A stretch of DNA of 64,000 nucleotides from NCBI GenBank assembly GCA_001873065.1, contig MNYM01000002.1, positions 6,781-70,780 of the forward strand, read 5' to 3'. Shown here in pieces: positions 18,497 through 28,620 of this stretch (the first letter of the stretch is position 1; every line of letters begins with the position of its first letter). The notes beneath the pieces are model-generated. The model saw only the letters and a program-made list of their open reading frames with translations, was not told the DNA's origin and ran no database searches. A program made the translations under genes and the position numbers. The DNA comes from Flavobacteriaceae bacterium CG2_30_31_66 (lineage in GTDB: Bacteria; Bacteroidota; Bacteroidia; Flavobacteriales; Flavobacteriaceae).

Positions 18497-20311
18497 TTAA
18501 TTATTAAATAAATGATCAATTTTATTTAAAGTGAGTGTTTTAAAAGTCGCTTTTCCTGTTGGAGAAATGGAAGGTTCCTTGCATGAAAATAAATCATTTA
18601 CGAGTGATTCTTGTTCTCTTTCAGAGAGAAAAGTACCGGTTTTTATTGATAATGTTTTTGCAAACGATTTTGCCATTACATCAAAATGACTATAACTCGT
18701 TTCGGGAACTTCCAAATTGATGTCATTCAATAAATCTTCTAAAATAATCGAAATTTTACTTTCGGTAACTGATGTTGGGATTCCTTTAATCGTTAAACTA
18801 TCTCTAGTAAATTCATCAAAAGAAAAACCAGCGTTTTCCAATTCTGGTTTTAAAGTATAAATCATTTCAATTTCGCTAGATGAAAACGAAATTTTTACAG
18901 GAAACAACAATTGTTGGCTGTTCGCTTCTTTTACAGTAATACTTTCCAAAAAAGATTCATACAAAATTCTTTGATGTGCCAACGATTGATGAATTAAAAC
19001 CACGCCAGATTTAATCAAACTGATGATGTATTTTCGCTGAATTTGAAACGTTTTTTGGATTTTTTCTTCTTGAGTATTTTTAAATAATTCATCATGGTTT
19101 TGGTTCTCTAAAGTTTCAACAGAAGTATGTAAAGATTCCCAACTTTGTATATGTTTTTCTCTGTTAAAAGGAAAATGAATTTCTTTTTGACTTGCCTCTT
19201 TAAATGGATTAAAATCAGGATTTACGATGATTTTTGGAGTAGATATATGACTCGAATTTTTTTCAAGTTGATACGGAATATCTAAATTGGCATCTCTATT
19301 AAAATCTAAAATTGGCGCCACATTGTATTGTCCCAAACTATGTTTGATAGTGGCTCTCAACATGGCATACAATGCGTTGGCATTGTCAAATTCAATTTCC
19401 GTTTTTGTTGGATGAATATTGATGTCAATTGAATTTGCTGGTACTTTTAAATATAAGAAATAGGAGGGATGTGAACCTTGAACTAATAAACCTTCGAAAG
19501 CGCTGATTACTGCATGATTCAAATACCCATTTTTTATAAAACGATCATTTACAAAAAAAAATTGCTCTCCTCGTTTTTTCTTTGAAAAAGAGGGTTTGGT
19601 TACAAAACCTGTGATTGAAACGATATCTGTTTGCTCTTCAATTGGCACCAATTTTTCATTTATTTTTGAACCAAAAACTGCTACAATTCGTTTTCTTAAA
19701 TTGCTATTTTTTAAGTTATATACTTCAATATCATTGTGATGCAATAAAAATGAGATAGAAGGATGTGCCAAAACTATGCGTTGAAATTCGTCGATAATAT
19801 GACGTGTTTCTATGGTATCAGATTTTAAAAATTTTCTACGAGCGGGAATGTTATAAAACAAGTTTTTTACGGCAATACTTGTTCCTGTCGTTGTATTTAC
19901 AAAATTTTGTGAAATAATTTTACTTCCTTCAATTTTTATGCTAGTTCCAAGTTCTTGATTTTCTTGTTTTGTTTTTAACTCAACATGCGCAATTGCAGCA
20001 ATTGAGGCAAGCGCTTCTCCTCTAAAACCTTTTGTATGAAGATCAAACAAATCTTCAGCTTTTTTTATTTTGGATGTTGCATGGCGTTCAAAACACATTC
20101 GCGCATCTGTAATGCTCATTCCTTTGCCATTATCAATAACTTGAATTAGGATTTTTCCAGCATCTTTTAATAATAATTTAATGTCTGTTGCACCTGCATC
20201 TATCGCATTTTCAAGCAACTCTTTTACAACAGATGCAGGACGTTGAACGACTTCACCTGCAGCAATTTGATTGGCTACATGATCTGGTAAAAGTTGAATG
20301 ATATCTGACAT
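18497..20311 (-). CDS. mutL: DNA mismatch repair protein MutL
   Basis: NQIAAGEVVQRPASVVKELLENAIDAG, HATSK, GFRGEALASI, DINIHPTKTE. Confidence 0.97.
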   Translation of the reverse strand: MSDIIQLLPDHVANQIAAGEVVQRPASVVKELLENAIDAGATDIKLLLKDAGKILIQVIDNGKGMSITDARMCFERHATSKIKKAEDLFDLHTKGFRGEALASIAAIAHVELKTKQENQELGTSIKIEGSKIISQNFVNTTTGTSIAVKNLFYNIPARRKFLKSDTIETRHIIDEFQRIVLAHPSISFLLHHNDIEVYNLKNSNLRKRIVAVFGSKINEKLVPIEEQTDIVSITGFVTKPSFSKKKRGEQFFFVNDRFIKNGYLNHAVISAFEGLLVQGSHPSYFLYLKVPANSIDINIHPTKTEIEFDNANALYAMLRATIKHSLGQYNVAPILDFNRDANLDIPYQLEKNSSHISTPKIIVNPDFNPFKEASQKEIHFPFNREKHIQSWESLHTSVETLENQNHDELFKNTQEEKIQKTFQIQRKYIISLIKSGVVLIHQSLAHQRILYESFLESITVKEANSQQLLFPVKISFSSSEIEMIYTLKPELENAGFSFDEFTRDSLTIKGIPTSVTESKISIILEDLLNDINLEVPETSYSHFDVMAKSFAKTLSIKTGTFLSEREQESLVNDLFSCKEPSISPTGKATFKTLTLNKIDHLFNN

Positions 20312-20586
20312 TATTTTTTGAAGAATATTGAAATATCAAAATCAATGATGAATAAAAAAATCAATAAAAGCACTACAATAATAATTATAATGGTTTTGTT
20401 TATTCCTTTTTCTGAGTCTTTAAACTCGCCAATTGCATCTGTAAATTTTGATTTTAAATTTCTATTTTTTCCTGTCGTTTTTCTATATTTATCTAATTTA
20501 TGTTCAATTTTAAAAGGACTTCCTTCGCCTTTATAGTAGCGCGGCTGGTATTCAAATTTTTTATTTGTTCTTTTAAAGAATCCCAT
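20311..20586 (-). CDS. Small conserved hypothetical protein with C-terminal TM helix
   Basis: KFEYQPRYY motif, basic N-terminus, hydrophobic C-terminus; stop overlaps the mutL start. Confidence 0.7.
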   Translation of the reverse strand: MGFFKRTNKKFEYQPRYYKGEGSPFKIEHKLDKYRKTTGKNRNLKSKFTDAIGEFKDSEKGINKTIIIIIVVLLLIFLFIIDFDISIFFKK

Positions 20587-20712
20587 AATTTCGGCAAATG
20601 GATGTTAGATATTTTTTTTATCTTTTTAAAGAAAACCAAATTTAATTAAATAATGGCAATACATCAAGAAATGATGTTAAAAGTATTCTTAAAAGTGATG
20701 ATTTTTTATGAA

Positions 20713-21219
20713 TTAGAAGCCAATTGTTTCGTTTGATTTTCCGAAGTATTTTAGAGAAGCCATTTTGATAGCAGCAACAGCACACTCAATGCCTTTGTTG
20801 CCCAATTTTCCTCCTGATCTGTCTAAAGATTGTTGTTTGGTGTTGTCTGTTAAAACGCAGAAAATCACAGGAATATCATATTTCACATTCAAATCCATGA
20901 TTCCTTGAGTAACGCCTTTGCACACAAAATCAAAATGTTTTGTTTCTCCTTGAATCACATTTCCAATTGCAATAATCGCATCTACTTTTTGAGATTGAAT
21001 CATTTTTTTGCATCCAAAAACCAATTCGAAACTTCCAGGAACATCCCAAGAAATGATATTTTCTCGTTTGGCACCACAATCTAATAAGGTTTCAATAGCG
21101 GCTTTTTTTAAATTTTGGGTAATCTCTGGATTCCATTCAGAAACCACAATCCCAAGTCGAAATGAATTCGCATTTGGGATTGTTGCTTTGTCATAATAGG
21201 ATAAATTGTCTGTTGCCAT
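20713..21219 (-). CDS. ribH: 6,7-dimethyl-8-ribityllumazine synthase
   Basis: VSEWN, VPGSFEL, GETKHFDFV, GNKG. Confidence 0.96.
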   Translation of the reverse strand: MATDNLSYYDKATIPNANSFRLGIVVSEWNPEITQNLKKAAIETLLDCGAKRENIISWDVPGSFELVFGCKKMIQSQKVDAIIAIGNVIQGETKHFDFVCKGVTQGIMDLNVKYDIPVIFCVLTDNTKQQSLDRSGGKLGNKGIECAVAAIKMASLKYFGKSNETIGF

Positions 21220-21227
21220 TATTTATG

Positions 21228-21300
21228 GTTCAAAGTTTAAGGTTTAAATTTCAGAGTTAATAGTTCAAAACTAAAAAACTTAAAACTCAAAAATCAAAAC
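21228..21300. repeat. Bipartite heptamer array (GTTCAAA-like x6, then ACTnAAA-like x4)
   Basis: gttcaaa gtttaag gtttaaa tttcaga gttaata gttcaaa | actaaaa a acttaaa actcaaa aatcaaa. Confidence 0.8.
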
Positions 21301-22067
21301 TATTTTCCGTATTTAGAAGCGTTTATGAACATGTCAATATCTCTACCTTGATCAGATTTACTGTATTTTTCTTTGATTTTAGTAAAGAAATTTTCAGCTT
21401 TTCCAAATTCTTTTAAAATTAGGGCTGTTTGTCCTGCTTTGAATAAATATAAGGGAGTTGTAAATTGGTTGTCTTTTTTGTTAGCAGCTTTTTCATAATA
21501 TTCCATTGCATCTTTTGGTTGATTGATATCAGAAAAAGCATCACCAATTGCACCTAAAGAAATCGGACCTAACATTTCATCATCTGAATCAAATTTACTC
21601 AAATATTCAATGGCTTTGTCATATTTTTTCATTTGTAAATAAGAAACTCCTGCATAATAGTTTGCCAAGTTTCCAGCATTTGTACCACTATACGATTCAG
21701 CAATATCTAAAAAACCGTATTTTCCATCAGCACCTTCTAAACCTAAATTCAATAACGAATCAATTCCTGAGCCAGCCGTTGCTGCTAGATCAAAATATTT
21801 TCTTGGAAAAGCCAATTCATTTGCAGCATCTTGTTCTTTTGGCTCACCTATATATTTATTGTATCCCAAATAACCTAAAAAAACAACTACCAAACCAACT
21901 AAAACATAAAGTAAAACTTTGCTATTTTTTTCAATCCATTTTTCAGATCTAGAAGCTGTTTCATCTAAAGTATTAAAAACTTCGGCAGTAGCACTATTTG
22001 ACTCTTGTGCTTGTTGTTCTTCTTTTTTATTACTTGGTTTGTATCCTCTTTTCTTATATGTTGACAT
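21300..22067 (-). CDS. Membrane-anchored tetratricopeptide-repeat protein (YfgM-like)
   Basis: Single TM after an acidic N-terminus; TPR-like YYAG..Y and Y.KA helices. Confidence 0.82.
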   Translation of the reverse strand: MSTYKKRGYKPSNKKEEQQAQESNSATAEVFNTLDETASRSEKWIEKNSKVLLYVLVGLVVVFLGYLGYNKYIGEPKEQDAANELAFPRKYFDLAATAGSGIDSLLNLGLEGADGKYGFLDIAESYSGTNAGNLANYYAGVSYLQMKKYDKAIEYLSKFDSDDEMLGPISLGAIGDAFSDINQPKDAMEYYEKAANKKDNQFTTPLYLFKAGQTALILKEFGKAENFFTKIKEKYSKSDQGRDIDMFINASKYGK

Positions 22068-22181
22068 CTTTTCTTAAAAATTAGTGGGCACAAAAATAGT
22101 TTTTTTAATTGGAATTTAAAAACGGTTATTTAGCAAAATTTTTGATAATTTGCAATTGATTTTAAAAGTCACTATAGATTC

Positions 22182-23261
22182 ATGTATCTAAAAAAAATAT
22201 CGATATTAAATTTTAAAAATATTGAAACTCAATCATTTGATTTTGAGAAAAAAATAAATTGTTTTGTTGGAAATAATGGTGTAGGAAAAACCAATGTTTT
22301 GGATGCAATTTATTACTTGTCTTTTGCAAAAAGCTATTTTAATACGATTGCAGTTCAAAATATCAATCATAATGCATCTTTTTTTATGATTGAAGGCGAT
22401 TATATTGTTGACGAACGTCAAGAAAAAATTATTTGTAGTTTAAAAAAAGGACAGAAAAAAGTGCTGAAAAGAAATGATAAAAGTTATGAAAAATTTTCAG
22501 AACACATAGGACAATTCCCTTTGGTAATAATTTCTCCATCAGATAGAGATTTCGTCACTGAAGGAAGTGAAACTCGTAGAAAATTTATTGACGGTGTTAT
22601 TTCGCAACAAAATAAAAATTACCTTAATGATTTGATTTCTTACAATAAAGTTTTGAGCCAAAGAAATGCGTTGTTGAAATATTTCGCTGCAAATCGCACT
22701 TTTGATGCGTTAAATTTAAGTGTTTATGACACACAATTAGCGGATTATGGAACTAGAATTTACCTTGTAAGAAAGCAATTTTTAGAAGCTTTTATTCCTA
22801 TTTTTAATGATAAATACAAGATAATTTCAGGTGATTCTGAACGAGTTAATTTGCTTTATATAAGTCAATTACATGATTCTAAAATGGATGATTTATTAAA
22901 AAAATCATTAGATAAAGATAAAATTCTACAATTTACATCTGCTGGAATTCACAAAGACGATTTGAGTTTTGATATTGGAGAATATCCGATTAAAAAGTTT
23001 GGTTCTCAAGGTCAACAAAAATCATATTTGATAGCATTAAAATTGGCGCAATTTGAATTCATTAAGCAAAAATCGAATGTGACTCCCATACTACTGTTAG
23101 ATGATATTTTTGATAAATTGGATGAAAATAGGGTTTCAAAAATTATAGATTTGGTAAACAATAATCAATTTGGACAAATATTCATTACAGATACACATTC
23201 TGAAAGAACCGAAAATATTGTAAAAATGAGTAATAAACCGTATCAAATTTTTAGATTATAA
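22182..23261 (+). CDS. recF: DNA replication/repair protein RecF
   Basis: GNNGVGKTN Walker [20 protein letters not shown]. Confidence 0.95.
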   Translation: MYLKKISILNFKNIETQSFDFEKKINCFVGNNGVGKTNVLDAIYYLSFAKSYFNTIAVQNINHNASFFMIEGDYIVDERQEKIICSLKKGQKKVLKRNDKSYEKFSEHIGQFPLVIISPSDRDFVTEGSETRRKFIDGVISQQNKNYLNDLISYNKVLSQRNALLKYFAANRTFDALNLSVYDTQLADYGTRIYLVRKQFLEAFIPIFNDKYKIISGDSERVNLLYISQLHDSKMDDLLKKSLDKDKILQFTSAGIHKDDLSFDIGEYPIKKFGSQGQQKSYLIALKLAQFEFIKQKSNVTPILLLDDIFDKLDENRVSKIIDLVNNNQFGQIFITDTHSERTENIVKMSNKPYQIFRL

Positions 23262-23557
23262 TGGCAAAAAGAGAGAATGATTCTTTTTTAGTAAAAGACT
23301 TGATGCAGCTATTTATTAAAGAAAATAATTTGAGCAAAGGAATGCAAAAAATCAAAATTGAAGAAACTTGGACAAAATTAATGGGACAAGGAGTTGCAGG
23401 CTATACAACATCCGTAAAATTACAAAATAAAACATTAATTGTTCAGTTATCTTCTTCGGTTTTACGTGAAGAATTAACCTATGGAAAAGATAAAATTATC
23501 AAAATGATGAATGAAGAAATGGGTGAGAACATCATTTCGAAAATCATATTGGCATAA
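23261..23557 (+). CDS. DUF721/DciA-like protein
   Basis: Coupled to recF; W..LMG and LSSSVLREEL pattern. Confidence 0.78.
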   Translation: MAKRENDSFLVKDLMQLFIKENNLSKGMQKIKIEETWTKLMGQGVAGYTTSVKLQNKTLIVQLSSSVLREELTYGKDKIIKMMNEEMGENIISKIILA

Positions 23558-23559
23558 AA

Positions 23560-23587
23560 AAAACTCACCAATACATCAGTGAGTTTT
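23560..23587. terminator. Probable bidirectional terminator
   Basis: AAAACTCAC-N10-GTGAGTTTT between convergent genes. Confidence 0.65.
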
Positions 23588-23620
23588 CCTAAATATGACA
23601 CTAATAATTTTTAAGAATTC

Positions 23621-24040
23621 TTAAAATTGTTCTCTTCCTGAAAAGTGAAAATTACCTTCGATTTGTGCATTTTCGTCAGAATCTGAACCGTGCACAGCAT
23701 TTTCACCCATAGATGTTGCATATAATTTTCTGATGGTTCCTTCAGCAGCATTTGCAGGATTTGTTGCACCAATTAAAGTTCTAAAATCTTCTACAGCATT
23801 TTCTTTTTCTAAAATTGCAGCCACTATTGGTCCACGAGTCATAAATTCAACCAATTCTCCAAAAAACGGACGTTCTTTGTGAACTTCATAAAAACTTTCT
23901 GCCTCATTTTTTGTCATTTGTGTTTTTTTCAATGCAACAATACGAAATCCAGCTGCATTAATTTGTGCTAAAATTGCGCCAGTATGACCGTTTTCAACAG
24001 CATCTGGTTTGATCATGGTAAATGTTTTATTGGTAGCCAT
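23621..24040 (-). CDS. ndk: Nucleoside diphosphate kinase
   Basis: [28 protein letters not shown]. Confidence 0.98.
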   Translation of the reverse strand: MATNKTFTMIKPDAVENGHTGAILAQINAAGFRIVALKKTQMTKNEAESFYEVHKERPFFGELVEFMTRGPIVAAILEKENAVEDFRTLIGATNPANAAEGTIRKLYATSMGENAVHGSDSDENAQIEGNFHFSGREQF

Positions 24041-24093
24041 TTTGTTTTTTTAATTTTTTTTGCAAAGGTAGGTTTTTATATCACAATGACAAG

Positions 24094-25125
24094 TTATTGA
24101 TACACTTGATTGAATTCTTGTTGCAAAGTATTTTGTTTTCCTCGCATTTGCATTTTGATTGATTTATTCTTAAAATCAAAATGAAGTATCCCGAAACTGA
24201 TATCGTTGACAACATTTTTAATACGATATTTATTTGGTTCGAAAGAATAGCTGGTGTAAGAATGGGTTAATCCACTTGAAGTAAAATCGATAATTGGATA
24301 TTTTAACCCATCAAAAGTTGTTTTCGAAAATTCTGAAATATGTCTGTCACCCGATAAAAATAATACGTTTTTAGCTAATGATTTTAATATTAAATTTTTC
24401 ATTTTTTCAACTTCATGAGGAAAATTTCCCCAAGTTTCAAAGCCATGTTCTGAGGATAAAAATTGAATACTACTTACGATGACATTAAAATCGGCTTTTG
24501 AACTTGAGAGTTCATTTTCAAGCCAATTCCATTGCTTTGTTCCTAAAATGGTTCCATCTCCAAATGTATTTGGTTGGTATCTTTTATTTTTGGCTTTTGT
24601 TAATGAGGTTCTAAAATAACGCGTGTCCAATACAATTACTTTGATGCTGCCTTTTTTAGTTGAAAAAATTTGTGAGTGATAAATGCCCTCTTGTGTTCTT
24701 CTGACATCATTTTTTAGGACATCAAAAAAATCAAGAAATAATTTTTGTGACTCCTTTTTCATAGAAAATTCAACTCCTGCGTCATTTAAACCATAATCAT
24801 GATCGTCCCAAGTTGCCAAAACCGGCAATTTTTTTGTTAGCTGAACATACCCATTTTGATTTTTTAAATCTATATAATCTTGCTTCATTTTTTTCATGTC
24901 ATTGGTATCTGCATAAATATTGTCACCACCCCAAATCCATAAATTTGGTTTATTTTTTGCAATTTCTTGCCACAAAGCATTGGTTTTGAATTGTTTATTG
25001 CAAGATCCAAAAGCGATTACAAAATCTGATTTTTTTTGGTTTAAATTCTTTTTTTCTGGAATTTTAGCACAAGAGGTAAAGTAAACAATTGAAAATAATT
25101 GGATAAGATTTACGATTTTTTTCAT
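24094..25125 (-). CDS. phoD: Alkaline phosphatase D (PhoD) family lipoprotein
   Basis: Lipobox FTSC; FGSC, GDNIYAD, WDDHD, LDTRYFR, SGDRH. Confidence 0.85.
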   Translation of the reverse strand: MKKIVNLIQLFSIVYFTSCAKIPEKKNLNQKKSDFVIAFGSCNKQFKTNALWQEIAKNKPNLWIWGGDNIYADTNDMKKMKQDYIDLKNQNGYVQLTKKLPVLATWDDHDYGLNDAGVEFSMKKESQKLFLDFFDVLKNDVRRTQEGIYHSQIFSTKKGSIKVIVLDTRYFRTSLTKAKNKRYQPNTFGDGTILGTKQWNWLENELSSSKADFNVIVSSIQFLSSEHGFETWGNFPHEVEKMKNLILKSLAKNVLFLSGDRHISEFSKTTFDGLKYPIIDFTSSGLTHSYTSYSFEPNKYRIKNVVNDISFGILHFDFKNKSIKMQMRGKQNTLQQEFNQVYQ

Positions 25126-25203
25126 GATTTAATTTTTAAAAAAATACAAAAGTAGTAACAATTTATTTTACCTAAATGTTATAAAATTGTATATTCGCAA
25201 CCT

Positions 25204-26232
25204 ATGATTTTAAAAGGATTTAAAGAATTAACTCACTATTTGGAGCAACCCAGAAATATTGTGATTATCGGTCACAAAAATCCTGATGGTGACTCAATGG
25301 GTTCGACACTTGGACTCAAACATTATTTAGATAAAAAAGGACATAACTGCACAGTTTTAGTGCCAAATGAATATCCAAATTTTTTGCATTGGTTGCCTGG
25401 ATCTGAGACTACTTATAGATTTGATTGGCAAAATTCACAATCTCAAAAGGCAATAACAAGTTCGGATATTATCTTCTTATTAGATTTTAATGCGCTTCAT
25501 AGGGTTGGAGACGACATGCAAAAAACGCTTGAAAAATATCAAAATGATTTTGTTTTGATAGATCATCATCAACAGCCTGATGATTTTTCTTTTATGTATT
25601 CTGACGTAGAAATCTGTTCTACGAGTCAAATGGTATATCAATTTATTGAAATGAATCATGATTTGGAGTTGATTGATGTTGCAATTGCCACCTGTTTATA
25701 TACTGGAATAATGACTGATACAGGTTCGTTTCGGTTTAGATCTACAACAAGTAAAACCCATAGAATTATTGCTGATTTGATTGATAAAGGTGCTGAAAAT
25801 GACCGAATTCACAATAATGTTTATGACGCAAATACCTATAATAGGTTGTTGTTATTAGGTAAAGCTTTGACGAATTTGAAAGTTTTGGAAGAATATAAAA
25901 CTGCATTTATTACTTTAACAAATAATGAAAAAAATAGCTACGATTACCAAAAAGGAGATTCAGAGGGTGTTGTAAATTATGCGCTTTCGTTAAAAGGAAT
26001 TGTTTTTGCTGCAATTTTTATCGAAGATATCGAACAAAATTTGATAAAAATTTCATTTCGCTCAAAAGGAAATTTTTCTGTAAATCAGTTTGCAAGAAAT
26101 CACTTTGAAGGAGGAGGACATGACAATGCGGCAGGAGGAAAATCGACATTGTCTCTTCAAGAAACCGTCACAAAATTCATTTCACTTTTGCCAAAATACG
26201 CTTCGGAATTAAAATTTTCTTATGAAAAATAG
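25204..26232 (+). CDS. DHH/DHHA1 phosphoesterase (NrnA-like nanoRNase/pAp phosphatase)
   Basis: HKNPDGD, LDFN, IDHH, TDTGSF, GGGH. Confidence 0.92.
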   Translation: MILKGFKELTHYLEQPRNIVIIGHKNPDGDSMGSTLGLKHYLDKKGHNCTVLVPNEYPNFLHWLPGSETTYRFDWQNSQSQKAITSSDIIFLLDFNALHRVGDDMQKTLEKYQNDFVLIDHHQQPDDFSFMYSDVEICSTSQMVYQFIEMNHDLELIDVAIATCLYTGIMTDTGSFRFRSTTSKTHRIIADLIDKGAENDRIHNNVYDANTYNRLLLLGKALTNLKVLEEYKTAFITLTNNEKNSYDYQKGDSEGVVNYALSLKGIVFAAIFIEDIEQNLIKISFRSKGNFSVNQFARNHFEGGGHDNAAGGKSTLSLQETVTKFISLLPKYASELKFSYEK

Positions 26233-26761
26233 CTTATTTTTTATTGTAATTGTATTTTTTGTTGGATGTTCAAAAATTGAGCCTAGAAGACCCGTCAATC
26301 CAAAACCATCTACTACTTTGTTTAAAGAAACCATTGACGAATCAAAAAAATTAAACAAAAATGAAGATTTAAAAATTGCAGCTTTGATTAAAAATGATTC
26401 AACAAACACATATATTCAGTCATCTAGCGGTTTTTGGTACACCTACATTTATAAAATTGAAGAAGATTTGCCTACTCCAAAAGTTGGTGATGAGGTTTTA
26501 ATTCAGTACACAATTTCTGATTTGAACGACTCAATTATTTACGACAAAAAAGAGTTGGGATTAAAAACCTACAAAATCGACAAAGAAGATTTTATTTCTG
26601 GATTACAAAATGGAATAAAGTTGATGAAAACCGGAGAAACTATTACATTTGTACTTCCATTTTACAATGCTTTTGGAATTATTGGAGATGGAAAAAAAAT
26701 AGGTATTAATAAATCAATTAAAAGCACAGTAACACTAATTAAAATAACAAATTTAAAATGA
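26222..26761 (+). CDS. gldI: Gliding motility-associated FKBP-like lipoprotein GldI
   Basis: Lipobox FVGC, EPRRP, SSGFWY, GLQNGIKLMKTGE; DHH-gldI-PPIase context typical of flavobacteria. Confidence 0.8.
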   Translation: MKNSLFFIVIVFFVGCSKIEPRRPVNPKPSTTLFKETIDESKKLNKNEDLKIAALIKNDSTNTYIQSSSGFWYTYIYKIEEDLPTPKVGDEVLIQYTISDLNDSIIYDKKELGLKTYKIDKEDFISGLQNGIKLMKTGETITFVLPFYNAFGIIGDGKKIGINKSIKSTVTLIKITNLK

Positions 26762-27465
26762 AGGTATTAAAAAGTTTTATTATTCTAGCAGTTGTATCTA
26801 GCTGGATATCTTGTAACAGTCAAAAGAAAGATGTTACTTCTTTGAAAACAGAAATTGATTCTGCAAGTTATGCTCTTGGATTGGACATGGCCATCAAAGT
26901 AAAAGCAAACTTTAAAGAAGGAAACACCGATTTGTTTTTACAGGGATATAGAAATGGGATAGATTCGACCAATTTATTAATGGATCAAAAAGATTTGAAT
27001 GTTTTTCTAGGTGCTTTTTTCCAAAAAATGCAACAAGAAAAAATGAAAAAAGAAACTGAGAAAAATTTTGGTGCTGTTAAAAAAGCAGGTGAAGATTTTT
27101 TAGCTGAAAACAAAGTAAAACAAGGAATTGTAACCACAGAAAGCGGATTACAATACGAAATTTTACAAAAAGGTTCAGGAGAAAATATTTTACCAACTTC
27201 AAAAATCAAAATACATTATCATGGATCTTTAATCGATGGAACTGTTTTTGACAGTTCAGTAGATAGAAAACAACCTATTGATGCCACCGCAAATCAGTTT
27301 ATTCCTGGCTTTAATGAAGGTTTATTATTGATGAATAAAGGTGCAAAATATCGTTTTTATATCCCTCAAGAATTGGCTTATGGAATGCAACAAAAAAGTC
27401 AAGAAATTAAACCATACTCTGTTTTAATTTTTGAGGTTGAAGTTCTTGAAGTAACTAACGAATAA
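26758..27465 (+). CDS. FKBP-type peptidyl-prolyl isomerase with FKBP_N domain, lipoprotein
   Basis: DSASYALG, TESGLQY, HYHGSLIDGTVFDSS, LAYG, LIFEVE. Confidence 0.92.
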   Translation: MKVLKSFIILAVVSSWISCNSQKKDVTSLKTEIDSASYALGLDMAIKVKANFKEGNTDLFLQGYRNGIDSTNLLMDQKDLNVFLGAFFQKMQQEKMKKETEKNFGAVKKAGEDFLAENKVKQGIVTTESGLQYEILQKGSGENILPTSKIKIHYHGSLIDGTVFDSSVDRKQPIDATANQFIPGFNEGLLLMNKGAKYRFYIPQELAYGMQQKSQEIKPYSVLIFEVEVLEVTNE

Positions 27466-28619
27466 TGAGAAAAATCGCTTTTATTTTTTTATTATCTTTA
27501 CTAATCTCCTGTAATTCAGAAAAATATAATGGATTACAAGATGGTTTGTATGCAGAAATACAAACAAATAAAGGCGATATTTTATTGGAATTATACTATA
27601 AAGATGTTCCAATGACTGTTGCAAATTTTGTTTCGTTAGCAGAAGGAAAAAACAATAAAGTTCCTGATTCGCTAAAAGGAATAAAATATTATGATGAAAC
27701 TCGTTTTCATAGAGTTGTAAAGAATTTTATCATTCAAGGAGGTGATAGATCTGAAACTGGAAAAGGCTTTCCTGGATATCGTTTTGGAGACGAATTTCCA
27801 ATTGATGAATACAGTGAATATATTTTTACACACAATGATTTTGGAGTTTTGTCAATGGCAAATTCAGGACCCGAAACGAACGGGAGTCAATTTTTTATTA
27901 CACAAGGATCTGCAAAACATTTAGATGGTAAACATGCAGTTTTTGGAAAAACGATTCTAAATTCTATACAATTAAAAGAATTAAAAAAGCATTTTTCAGA
28001 TTCTCTAAAACTCAAAAAAGCAATTGATTCAGTTAGAACTTTGGTTGTTGGTAAAATAGAACAATTTGATACTATCAAAAAAATTAAAATTATTAGAATT
28101 GGTGCCAATGCAAAAGCATACAACTCTGCAAAAGTTTTTGATGAGGAATTGACACGTTATTCTACAGGATATGAAGAGCGTAAAAAAGCAGAAGTAGCTA
28201 TTGAAGAAAAAAGATATCAACAATATTTGATTGATAAAAATGCTTTTTTAACCAAGTTAGAGGAAACAAGTGCCATTAAAACCAACTCTGGTTTGGGTTT
28301 TTTATTATTGAAAAGCAATCCAAAAGGTAAAAAAGTAGTAGACAACAAACCTATAAAATCTAATTTCACACTATTTATTGCTGATGGAAAAAAAATTCAA
28401 TCAACTGAGGATAGTGAGGCTCCTTTTATTTTTAGGTTAGATGATACCCAAAGACCCATGATTACTGGATTTCAAGAGGGTGTAAAACTGATGAAAGAAG
28501 GAGAAAAGGCACGTTTATTTGTTCCATATTATATTGGTTTTGGTGACGCTGCTTTTGGTCCTTTTCCATCAAAATCAGATTTAGTTTTTGAAATAGAGAT
28601 CATAGAAATAGGAAAATAA
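27465..28619 (+). CDS. Dual-family PPIase: N-terminal cyclophilin plus C-terminal FKBP, lipoprotein
   Basis: FHRVVKNFIIQGGD, LSMANSG, NGSQFFIT, HLDGKH; C-terminal GFQEG..LMKEGEKA..VPYYIGFG. Confidence 0.92.
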   Translation: MRKIAFIFLLSLLISCNSEKYNGLQDGLYAEIQTNKGDILLELYYKDVPMTVANFVSLAEGKNNKVPDSLKGIKYYDETRFHRVVKNFIIQGGDRSETGKGFPGYRFGDEFPIDEYSEYIFTHNDFGVLSMANSGPETNGSQFFITQGSAKHLDGKHAVFGKTILNSIQLKELKKHFSDSLKLKKAIDSVRTLVVGKIEQFDTIKKIKIIRIGANAKAYNSAKVFDEELTRYSTGYEERKKAEVAIEEKRYQQYLIDKNAFLTKLEETSAIKTNSGLGFLLLKSNPKGKKVVDNKPIKSNFTLFIADGKKIQSTEDSEAPFIFRLDDTQRPMITGFQEGVKLMKEGEKARLFVPYYIGFGDAAFGPFPSKSDLVFEIEIIEIGK

Positions 28620-28620
28620 T

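Noticed and set aside
21220-21300. FMN riboswitch upstream of ribH
   Set aside because: No RFN conserved sequence; the gap is only 80 bp and consists of the heptamer array.
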